Origin: an uncultured Candidatus Rokubacteria bacterium
Lineage (GTDB): Bacteria; Methylomirabilota; Methylomirabilia; Rokubacteriales; DASRDR01
Direction of reading: 5' to 3'
NCBI GenBank assembly: GCA_963749975.1
Contig: CAVVOZ010000016.1
Span: 8,496 to 72,495, forward strand
Length of the DNA: 64,000 nt
Part shown: positions 18,251 to 25,568 of the stretch, in pieces
Layout: every line of letters starts with the position of its first letter
How positions within the stretch are numbered: the stretch's first letter is position 1
The notes under the pieces: model-generated
What the model was told of the DNA's origin: nothing
What the model saw: the letters and a program-made list of their open reading frames with translations, nothing else
The model's database searches: none
Position numbers and translations under genes: made by a program

Positions 18251-19395
18251 GTCGGCCTCGTCCCCCTGGGCTCACGCCGGCCGAGGGCCGACGCGAGGCG
18301 CTGGGTGTAGAGCATGCCCTCCGTCAGGCGTCGAGCATCTGCGAGCGCCGCTGGAGGAGTCGGACCCGGTCCGCTTGCCCGGCGCGCCCGGGCGAGGGCG
18401 TCCTCGACGATCCGGGCGATCAGGTCGAGATAGCTCCACCCGGCGGCGGCCGCCTGGCGCGCCAGTCCCGCCTGGACCCCGAGGTCCGGATTCGGGTTCA
18501 CGTCCGTGACGAACGTCGTGCCGCGGCCGTCGACCCGGACGTCGATGCGGCCGTATCCGGTGCCGTCCACGGCGGCCCAGACGTGCTGGGCAAGCTGGGT
18601 CAGACGGGCGGCGAGGCGGGCCGGCAGGCGCGCGGGGCACCTCGGTACCGTCCCCCGGTCCGCCGGACTGCCGTGCTCCCACTTCGCCGCGTACGTCACC
18701 ACCGCGGGCAGTCCCGGAGCGAGACGGCTGAAGTCGATCTCGGCGTGGGGGAGCACCCGCCCGCCGACGATCGCCAGGTTGAACTCCCGGCCTCCGACGA
18801 AGCGCTGAACGAGCATGCGGCCCCACTGCTGGCATCCGCGCGCCACGACGGTCTCGAGCGCGGCCCGATCGCCTACCACGCAGTCGGCGCCGATCCCGAA
18901 CGACCCGTCCTCGCCGGCGGGCTTGACGATGGCCGGGAACCGGCGCCACCGTGCCCGGGGGCCGTCCGGCCGCACCAGGATCCACTCCGGCACCGGGATA
19001 CCGTGGGCGCGGAGCACGGCGTTCGCCCGGTCCTTCCGGAGACACAGCGCGAGCATGTCGGACGAGGCGCCGGTCAGGGGAATCCCGAGGAGCTCGACGA
19101 GGGCCGCGGCGACGGGCTCGCCGGCCGCCTGGTTGTCCAGGCCCTCGCACAGGTTGAACGCCAGCTGGAAGCGTCCGGTTGCCAGCTCGGACAGCCACTC
19201 CGAGGGGTTGCCGTTGAACTCGACCAGCACCGGATCGTAGCCGAGCGTCCGCAGGGCGGCCAGCACCGGCCCGGGGTTGCCGGGGGCTGACGGCGTGCCG
19301 AGAGCCTGGGCAGTCGCCTCCGACAGGGCATCGGTGATGACCGCCACGCGGAGCCGTCCCCGCGGCCGCAGCCGAGGCCTAGACGACAATGCCAT
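18247..19395 (-). CDS. ATP-grasp ligase, D-alanine--D-alanine ligase family (paralog 1)
   Basis: ...LCLRKDRANAVLRAHGIPVPEW...FPAIVKPAGEDGSFGI...QRFVGGREFNLAIVG...GYGRIDVRVDGRG..FVTDVNPNPDL. An alternative GTG start at 19347 would remove the overlap with the upstream gene. Confidence 0.8.
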   Translation of the reverse strand: MALSSRPRLRPRGRLRVAVITDALSEATAQALGTPSAPGNPGPVLAALRTLGYDPVLVEFNGNPSEWLSELATGRFQLAFNLCEGLDNQAAGEPVAAALVELLGIPLTGASSDMLALCLRKDRANAVLRAHGIPVPEWILVRPDGPRARWRRFPAIVKPAGEDGSFGIGADCVVGDRAALETVVARGCQQWGRMLVQRFVGGREFNLAIVGGRVLPHAEIDFSRLAPGLPAVVTYAAKWEHGSPADRGTVPRCPARLPARLAARLTQLAQHVWAAVDGTGYGRIDVRVDGRGTTFVTDVNPNPDLGVQAGLARQAAAAGWSYLDLIARIVEDALARARRASGPGPTPPAALADARRLTEGMLYTQRLASALGRREPRGTRPT

Positions 19396-20464
19396 GTCGC
19401 ACGGCTCCGGCCCGCAGGACGGCCCGGATCATGGACCCGTAGTCCATCCCGGCCGCCCGCGCAGCCTTGGGGAAGCAGGAGTTCATGGCCGGGTCCGGAA
19501 GCACCCCCGGCAGGGGGTTCACCTCGAGGATGTGCGGCACCCCTCGGGCGTCGCAGCGAACGTCGATGCGGGCCCAGTCCCGGCAGCGCAGGACGCGATA
19601 GGCGGCCAGCACCGTCTGCTCGATCTGCCGCGCGAGCCCGCGCGGGAGCGAGGCGGGGCACTGGAAGATGGCGAGCGGCCGCTCCGGTCTGTCCCACAGC
19701 CACTTGGCCTCGTACGAGTAGAGGCGCGCCGCCCCGCGAGGCAGCGCGTCGAAATCGACCTCGACCACCGGCAGGACGCGGGCGCTCGGGCCGTTCCCGA
19801 GGATCGCGCAGGTGAACTCGCGGCCGGGCAGCCACCGCTCGACGAGCGCCGGCTGGCGGTAGCGCCGCCACACCAGGCCGACGGCGCGGCCCACCTCGGC
19901 CCGGGTCCGGCAGAGCGACGCCTGGGTGATCCCCTTGCTGGAGCCCTCGTGGACTGGCTTCACGACCACGGGCAGCCGCGGGATCCCGTCGAGCCGAGCC
20001 CCTCCGGGCGCGACGGTGAACTCCGCGGTCGGGATGCCGTGGTAAGCGAGGATCTCCTTGGCGCGGCCCTTGTCCAGACAGATCGCCAGGGTGAGGGGAT
20101 CGCTTCCCGTGTAGGGCACGCCCCAGAACTCGCAGAGGGCCGGCACGTGGGCCTCGCGGTTCGGCCCCCAGAGCCCTTCCGCCACGTTGAAGACGATGTC
20201 GGGCTGCGACTCCCGCAGCCGGAGCGGGAAGTCCTCCGTCGCCTCCAGCCGCGTGACCTCGCCGGCCTCCGCCAGCGCCGCCTCGATCGCCGCGATCGTG
20301 ACCTCGTCGTCCCACTCGGCGTAGAGATCGGCGGGGTCCCCGAGACTCGGGTTCCTGGTGGGCGCGATGGGTGGCGGGGCCCCGTCGTCCGGCTTCTTGT
20401 TGAAGGCGAAGCCGATCCGGGGCGCTGATCGCGGCCCGCCGTTGCGTTCTGGCGCTCCCGTCAG
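19379..20464 (-). CDS. ATP-grasp ligase, D-alanine--D-alanine ligase family (paralog 2); start codon unresolved
   Basis: ...ICLDKGRAKEILAYHGIPTAEF...LPVVVKPVHEGSSKGI...ERWLPGREFTCAILG...DWARIDVRCDARGVPHILEVNPLPG. The conserved N-terminus (RIGFAFNKKPDD...DLYAEWDDEVTIAAIEAAL) extends upstream of the listed ORF start (20185). The only in-frame candidate there is CTG 20464. Confidence 0.7.
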   Translation of the reverse strand: MTGAPERNGGPRSAPRIGFAFNKKPDDGAPPPIAPTRNPSLGDPADLYAEWDDEVTIAAIEAALAEAGEVTRLEATEDFPLRLRESQPDIVFNVAEGLWGPNREAHVPALCEFWGVPYTGSDPLTLAICLDKGRAKEILAYHGIPTAEFTVAPGGARLDGIPRLPVVVKPVHEGSSKGITQASLCRTRAEVGRAVGLVWRRYRQPALVERWLPGREFTCAILGNGPSARVLPVVEVDFDALPRGAARLYSYEAKWLWDRPERPLAIFQCPASLPRGLARQIEQTVLAAYRVLRCRDWARIDVRCDARGVPHILEVNPLPGVLPDPAMNSCFPKAARAAGMDYGSMIRAVLRAGAVRHGIVV

Positions 20465-20535
20465 GACCGCCCGGCCGGTCGGGCGGACCGCGCGGCCGGG
20501 GGCAGGGACGTGGGCGCTGGCGCGTTGGATGGCGG

Positions 20536-21183
20536 CTACTCCTCGACTGCCAGGCGGAGCTCCTCGAGCCCCTCGTTCCCGAGCGTGTGGCGCAGCTCGA
20601 CCTCGCAGACGTCGAGAACCCCCAGCGGACCGCCGGGGGTCGGCCGGCAGCAGCCGTCAGGCGCGTCGAGACACATCTCGTCGATCCACAAGGCGCCGGC
20701 GGCGATCGTGATGGGGAAGGCCGAGCAGAAGAATGGCTTGAGATCGAAGCCCGGCCGGGCGACGGCGATCGTCACCGCCTGGAGGACGCATCGCCGCGCC
20801 GCGTCCAGAAAGACGCATCCGCTGCCGCGCACCTGCGTACCGACGCACCGGCCAGACGGGAAGTCAGGGTCCGGGACCTCCGTTTCCTCGAACCAGCCGC
20901 CCACATCCTGGTCCTGGCCGGGATCCATCGCGCGCCGGATGAGGTCGGCGTGGGCAAGGATCTGATCGCGCTGGGCGACGTCCACCTTGACGCCGCTCGA
21001 ACAGCACATCCCGTCGCAGTGTCCCGGCGAGGATCCGGGGGCGTATCGGGTATCGAAGATGCTGCCGTTCACCTCGAGACCGGGCAGGTGGGATAGCCGG
21101 TGCCGTCGCAGAACGACCCGGCTCTCGGCGGAGCGCGGCTCGGTGTGCGGGTCGCCGTCAGGGGGGTCGGGTTCGCTGTCCAC
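20536..21183 (-). CDS. Cys-rich protein, DUF3109-like
   Basis: HCDGMCCSSGVKVD..., ...GSGCVFL...RRCVLQ..., and ...PFFCSAFPI... give a cysteine pattern like the DUF3109 family. It lies immediately upstream of the ATP-grasp/kamA genes on the same strand. Confidence 0.5.
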   Translation of the reverse strand: MDSEPDPPDGDPHTEPRSAESRVVLRRHRLSHLPGLEVNGSIFDTRYAPGSSPGHCDGMCCSSGVKVDVAQRDQILAHADLIRRAMDPGQDQDVGGWFEETEVPDPDFPSGRCVGTQVRGSGCVFLDAARRCVLQAVTIAVARPGFDLKPFFCSAFPITIAAGALWIDEMCLDAPDGCCRPTPGGPLGVLDVCEVELRHTLGNEGLEELRLAVEE

Positions 21184-21226
21184 CGCCTCTAGCGCTCGAA
21201 GGGCGCGGGTGCGTGCTCGGTTCGGA

Positions 21227-21424
21227 TCACGGCTTCGGCTTCGCCGACTCGGCCGAGCGAAGGGCCTTTTCGAGCTTGGAGAGGCCGTCCGCCGTCTCGC
21301 GCCGGAGATCCTCCCGGAGCGACTCGACCTTCTTCGTGAGGTCCTTCGTGCCGCCGGCTTCCTGGTAGGCGAGGATGGAAATTCCCAGTGCCACGAGCGA
21401 GATCAGGAAGGCGAGCTGCGCCAT
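21227..21424 (-). CDS. Small membrane-anchored coiled-coil protein
   Basis: MAQLAFLISLVALGISILAY, then a charged helix. It has its own promoter-like element and an AGGAGG upstream. Confidence 0.45.
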   Translation of the reverse strand: MAQLAFLISLVALGISILAYQEAGGTKDLTKKVESLREDLRRETADGLSKLEKALRSAESAKPKP

Positions 21425-21451
21425 AGCCCTGGGTATCGTCCTCCTAGCGGC

Positions 21452-21480
21452 AATCTAGCGTGTCACTCTCTCCGCTGCAA
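21452..21480 (-). promoter_or_regulatory. Sigma70-like promoter for the 21227..21424 gene (and possibly the downstream cluster)
   Basis: On the minus strand: TTGCAG (21480-21475), 17 nt, TAGATT (21457-21452), followed by TAGGAGG and the ATG. Confidence 0.45.
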
Positions 21481-21800
21481 GGAAGAAACCACGGCCCGAC
21501 CCTGGTGGCGCCGGCTGGCTCGGACCCATCAGGGGCCAGGCTTGGGCGCCACGGCCCGTGTCCCTCGCCGGAGGCCAAGGCCTCCGTACCCCGTGAGGAT
21601 CCATGCGGCCTCGTGGAACCGGACGACCTCACGGCGGGAGCGGGAGCGGTGGCGAGCGAGCGCCCAGATCGTCGACCAGCCGGGGCCCATCGAGACACTC
21701 ACGAGCTCGACACGGCACCGGCTAGGGAGCGGCCGTGCGGGTCACGGGGATCGGACCGGGCGGGGGCCGGCGCCGGGTGGCGTCGCGGGCTCGGGCGCGG

Positions 21801-23834
21801 CTACCGCGTCCGCTCGGGACGGGAGCCGCGTAGAGCCGCGGGCGGGACCGGCGCCGACGCATGGGGTCCGTCGTCGGGCCGGGCGGGGTCAGCCAGGTCA
21901 CCGTGGCGCCGCCGCGCTGCCTGCGCTCCGAACCGAGGGGTCGCACCGGTCCAATAGCAATGGAGACAGGGCGACACTTGGACCTCCACCCATATCGGCT
22001 GGTTCCGCCCAGCGCTCACCGTGAAGGGGGCCGCCTGGAATCGCCCGCCGAGCGGCTGTCCAGTGTCCGGATTGACGAAGGGAATCAACGCGTCGGGCCA
22101 CCAGCCGGGCGGATACGGGGAGCCTGCGGTCGACTGAGTGACGAGCACGTAGTGCTCCCGATACAGGCGCACGGGCCCCGCGCTGGCGCCGCCCGGGCCG
22201 ACGAGATTCGATGCGACGACGTTGACGTTGGACAGGGACTGGCCGTTCGGCGCGCGGATCACGAGCTGGAAGGCCTCGTACTCGTTCCGCGCGGCCTTGA
22301 TCCAGGCCGACAGCATGGCTCCCGGGGGATCGGTCGGCTGCACCCGCGTGAGGGGATCCGTCACCCACGCCGTGATGCCGCCCGTCGTGCCCGCAATATT
22401 GAATGCCGCGCTTGCGCGGTTGTTCGTCTCGACCGACTCCGCGATCGTGCCGCCGGGATCGGCCGCGGCAATGATGAAGTACGCGCCTGGGCTGCCATTG
22501 GGCAGCGTCGCTGACGTCACCACGGCCGTGGAGGCGCCCACGGAGAGTGCCGGCACGGATACCGTCTTGAGGCTCGCGATCCCCGGCAGCGCCGAGTCCG
22601 GGCTGCTGGCCAGATACAATCCGACCGAGGAAGTGCCGACGGCGGCCGTGCCTGCGTTCCTGACGGTGAAGTTGACGTTGAGGCTGCCTCCAGCGGAGAC
22701 GCTCCCCGGACTCACAGTCAAGGATCCGACCGTCAGGTCGGGGCTGCTACCTCCGCCTCCGGATCCGCCCGCGACCGCGAAGACCTCGACCTCACCGACG
22801 GAGATGAACGCGGCGCTTCCGCCGGGGGCGCCGTAGATCCGGATGCCGTCGCCCTGGATCGGGTCGAAGCTCAGGGTGTACGTCGTGTAGTTGGGCGCGT
22901 TCCTGCCCGAATAGGCGGGGGTGGTCGCGAGGTTCCGGACGGCGACCCACTGGCCGCTCTGCCGGACTTGCACGGTCAGGCTGAGGAACCACCCGCCATC
23001 CCAGAAGTGGACGCCTTCCTGGAACACGGCCCGCGTGAACGTCTGGGGACTCGCGAAGGTGTAGCCGACCCAATCCTCGGTGGCGGCGTTGGCCCCGTCC
23101 CAGCTGTCGTACTGGCGGCGCGTGTCGCCGGTGCCGGCCGGCGGCCGGTCTCCATCGCGGATCACCGACAACCCGGCGCCGGAGCCCTGCGGCGCCGGCA
23201 CCTTGGCGATGACGGCTTGCGCCTGGGCGGTCACGGACGCGTCGGTCTGTGTGCCACCCCCACCGCCTCCGGTGGCTGCGGGCGCGAAGACCTCGACCTC
23301 ACCGACGGAGATGAACGCGGCGCTTCCGCCGGGGGCGCCGTAGATCCGGATGCCGTCGCCCTGGATCGGGTCGAAGCTCAGGGTGTACGTCGTGTAGTTG
23401 GGCGCGTTCCTGCCCGAATAGGCGGGGGTGGTCGCGAGGTTCCGGACGGCGACCCACTGGCCGCTCTGCCGGACTTGCACGGTCAGGCTGAGGAACCACC
23501 CGCCATCCCAGAAGTGGACGCCTTCCTGGAACACGACCCGCGTGAACGTCTGGGGACTCGCGAAGGTGTAGCCGACCCAATCCTCGGTGGCGGCGTTGGC
23601 CCCGTCCCAGCTGTCGTACTGGCGGCGCGTGTCGCCGGTGCCGGCCGGCGGCCGGTCTCCATCGCGGATCACCGACAACCCGGCGCCGGAGCCCAGCGGC
23701 GCCGGCACCTTGGCGATGACGGCCTGCGCCTGGGCGGTCAGCGGCGTCTGCGCAACGGCGGAAGACCACGGGAGCGCGAAGGTCAGGAGCACCATCAGGA
23801 TCAGCGGGCTGCCGGAACGCGAGTATGACCGCAT
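21801..23834 (-). CDS. Secreted multidomain protein: signal peptide + two near-identical galactose-binding/discoidin-like modules + CARDB-like domain + truncated DUF4091-like region
   Basis: Signal peptide is MRSYSRSGSPLILMVLLTFALPWSSAVA. A duplicated 150-aa module is present. The CARDB-type segment is PDLTVGSLTVSPGSVSAGGSLNVNFTVRNAG...ETNNRA. The last roughly 60 codons are Arg/Pro-rich and look out of frame or truncated. Confidence 0.7.
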   Translation of the reverse strand: MRSYSRSGSPLILMVLLTFALPWSSAVAQTPLTAQAQAVIAKVPAPLGSGAGLSVIRDGDRPPAGTGDTRRQYDSWDGANAATEDWVGYTFASPQTFTRVVFQEGVHFWDGGWFLSLTVQVRQSGQWVAVRNLATTPAYSGRNAPNYTTYTLSFDPIQGDGIRIYGAPGGSAAFISVGEVEVFAPAATGGGGGGTQTDASVTAQAQAVIAKVPAPQGSGAGLSVIRDGDRPPAGTGDTRRQYDSWDGANAATEDWVGYTFASPQTFTRAVFQEGVHFWDGGWFLSLTVQVRQSGQWVAVRNLATTPAYSGRNAPNYTTYTLSFDPIQGDGIRIYGAPGGSAAFISVGEVEVFAVAGGSGGGGSSPDLTVGSLTVSPGSVSAGGSLNVNFTVRNAGTAAVGTSSVGLYLASSPDSALPGIASLKTVSVPALSVGASTAVVTSATLPNGSPGAYFIIAAADPGGTIAESVETNNRASAAFNIAGTTGGITAWVTDPLTRVQPTDPPGAMLSAWIKAARNEYEAFQLVIRAPNGQSLSNVNVVASNLVGPGGASAGPVRLYREHYVLVTQSTAGSPYPPGWWPDALIPFVNPDTGQPLGGRFQAAPFTVSAGRNQPIWVEVQVSPCLHCYWTGATPRFGAQAARRRHGDLADPARPDDGPHASAPVPPAALRGSRPERTR
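22776..23740. repeat. Tandem direct duplication: two 458-bp copies (22776-23233 and 23283-23740), 507-bp period
   Basis: Base-by-base comparison by eye found only 3 mismatches: 23029/23536 G/A, 23188/23695 T/A and 23217/23724 T/C. The 507-bp period equals 169 codons, so the duplication is in frame. Confidence 0.9.
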
Positions 23835-23842
23835 GGCGCACG

Positions 23843-23883
23843 CTCCTCCCCGAAGCTCTTCCGGGAGGAGCCTGGGCTCCTCC
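23843..23883 (-). promoter_or_regulatory. 5'-UTR with mutually exclusive SD / anti-SD / anti-anti-SD pairings
   Basis: The minus-strand mRNA reads GGAGGAGCC-CA-GGCUCCUCCC-GGAAGAGCUUCG-GGGAGGAG-CGUGCGCC-AUG. The central CUCCUCC can pair either with the upstream GGAGGAG or with the Shine-Dalgarno GGGAGGAG. Confidence 0.35.
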
Positions 23884-24106
23884 TCTTCTTCGGCAACCCG
23901 GCTGTCAGGCGCCCCACGGAGGGGCCTGACCCGCGGCTTTGCGCCCCCGCCTCACGACGGGTTTGCCGTTCTCGGAATAGGCCTCAGCGCGCTGTGTTGG
24001 GCTATCGGAAGTGGTGACCGCGCGGACCGTGTTCAAGCTTGGTGCCAGTCAGCGAAGCCGGGCGACGGGGCTCCCTTACAGCCACTTAGGAGCGCAGCAG
24101 ATTCGC

Positions 24107-24135
24107 TTCTGCGAGTAACAGGTAAAAACTACTAT
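24107..24135 (+). promoter_or_regulatory. Possible sigma70-like promoter in an AT-rich patch, about 300 nt upstream of phnW
   Basis: TTCTGC (24107-24112), 17 nt, TACTAT (24130-24135), inside a roughly 38% GC patch within roughly 70% GC surroundings. Confidence 0.25.
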
Positions 24136-24442
24136 GAAAGTATGACACTCCGCGGCAAGGCGCCGCCAAGCTCAACGGTCTCGACTCGCCATGAGGCGAG
24201 GTAGTCCTCGGAGGAACCAGCTACCGCGCACCTGTGCGTCGCCCGGGTCTGCGAACACGCCATGGCAACACGTCCACGGGGCAGGCTCCTGCGCCGGCGC
24301 ACGCCGACGGCTCACGACAATCCTCGTCGAAGGCGTCCACCATCTGCACGCATCTGCGCGCGCGCGTTCGACGACGTCGCGGAAGGAGTGGGGTGGACGG
24401 GCGGCGGCGGCGAGGGTAGCCTGACGGCCGGGAGGATCGGAG

Positions 24443-25552
24443 ATGCGCGAGCGCGAGTGGATCCTGCTGAACCCCGGCCCCGCCAACACCAGCCGATCGG
24501 TGCGGGAGGCCCTGGTGATGCCGGACCTCTGCCACCGGGAGCCGGAGTTCTTCGAGATGATGCGAGAGTGCCGGGCTCGGCTCGTCCGGCTGGCCGGTTG
24601 CGACGAGCGTTTCGCCGCGGTGCTGTTCAGCGGGTCGGGGACCGCCGCCGTGGAGGCCGCCGTCAGCTCGGTGGTGCCGAGGGACCGCGCGGTCCTGATC
24701 GTGAACAACGGTGTCTACGGCGACCGGCTGGCCCGGATCGCGCGGGTCCACGGGATCCCCGCCGAGGTGCTCGCGTACGACGTCACCACCCCCGTGGCCC
24801 CGGCCGACGTCGAGGCCGCGCTCCGGGCGCGGCCCGAGCTGAGCCACGTGGCGGTCGTCCACCACGAGACCACGACGGGCCTCCTGAACCCGGTGATGGA
24901 CGTCGCGCGGGTGGCCGCACGGGCGGGGCGCCGGGTCCTGATCGACGCCATGAGCTCGCTCTTCGGCGAGCGGCTCGACGTGGACGCCGACGGCGTCGAC
25001 TTCGTGATGGCCAGCGCCAACAAGTGCCTGCAGGGGGTCCCGGGAATCGCCTTCGTCCTCGGCCGCCGCACGGCGCTGGACGCGCTCGCCGGACAGCCAC
25101 CGCGCGGCGTCTATCTGGACCTCCATGGCCACTACACGACCCAGGAGCGGGACAACACGCCCTTCACCCCGGCGGTCCAGGTCCTCCACGCGATGCGGCA
25201 GGCCCTCGTCGAGCTGGAAGCCGAGGGGGTGGCCGGCCGGATCGCCCGGTACGCGGAGAACGCCCGCGTGCTGCGGCGCGGCATGGCGGCGCTCGGCTTC
25301 GAGATCCTGGTCCCGGAGGCGGCGCGGTCCAGCATCCTGACGACGTTCCGGCTCCTGCCAGGACTGACCTACGACCCGCTCCACGACGCGATGAAGCGGC
25401 GCGGGTACGTCATCTACGCCGGTCAGGGGGACATCCGCACGTACGCGTTCCGCGTGTCCAACATGGGGACGCTCACCCCCCGGGACATGGAGGGGGTGGT
25501 CGACGCGTTCCGGGCCAGCCTGTCAGAGCTGGCGGTGGGGGTCGGACGGTGA
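24443..25552 (+). CDS. phnW: 2-aminoethylphosphonate--pyruvate transaminase-like class V aminotransferase
   Basis: LLNPGPANTSRSVREAL...SGSGTAAVEAAV...VLIVNNGVYG...VVHHETTTGLLNP...LIDAMSSLFGE...SANKCLQGVPGIAFVL aligns closely with my recollection of enterobacterial PhnW. Confidence 0.75.
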   Translation: MREREWILLNPGPANTSRSVREALVMPDLCHREPEFFEMMRECRARLVRLAGCDERFAAVLFSGSGTAAVEAAVSSVVPRDRAVLIVNNGVYGDRLARIARVHGIPAEVLAYDVTTPVAPADVEAALRARPELSHVAVVHHETTTGLLNPVMDVARVAARAGRRVLIDAMSSLFGERLDVDADGVDFVMASANKCLQGVPGIAFVLGRRTALDALAGQPPRGVYLDLHGHYTTQERDNTPFTPAVQVLHAMRQALVELEAEGVAGRIARYAENARVLRRGMAALGFEILVPEAARSSILTTFRLLPGLTYDPLHDAMKRRGYVIYAGQGDIRTYAFRVSNMGTLTPRDMEGVVDAFRASLSELAVGVGR

Positions 25553-25568
25553 CCCCGGGGGCTGACCG

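Noticed and set aside
20461-20538. TAG read-through or stop-codon reassignment extending the DUF3109-like protein to the TGA that overlaps the next gene
   Set aside because: Several well-supported genes in the window end at TAG at the expected position for their families (13786-13788, 16383-16385, 19379-19381, 39222-39224, 54107-54109). Reassignment is therefore not supported; a local base error is more likely.
22776-23740. Possibility that the repeats represent a CRISPR array, an IS element or a satellite
   Set aside because: There are only two copies, each 458 bp. They are in frame inside a coding sequence and encode a folded domain. There are no short spacers, terminal inverted repeats or transposase.
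24040-24260. Housekeeping RNA (tmRNA, RNase P RNA, SRP RNA, 6S) or a known riboswitch in the long intergenic region
   Set aside because: I could not find the conserved core strings I remember for these RNAs (for example the RNase P GAGGAAAGUCC element, the SRP GGAA/AGCA domain-IV motifs, or the tmRNA tag reading frame and acceptor arm). A covariance-model scan is needed, so I make no call.
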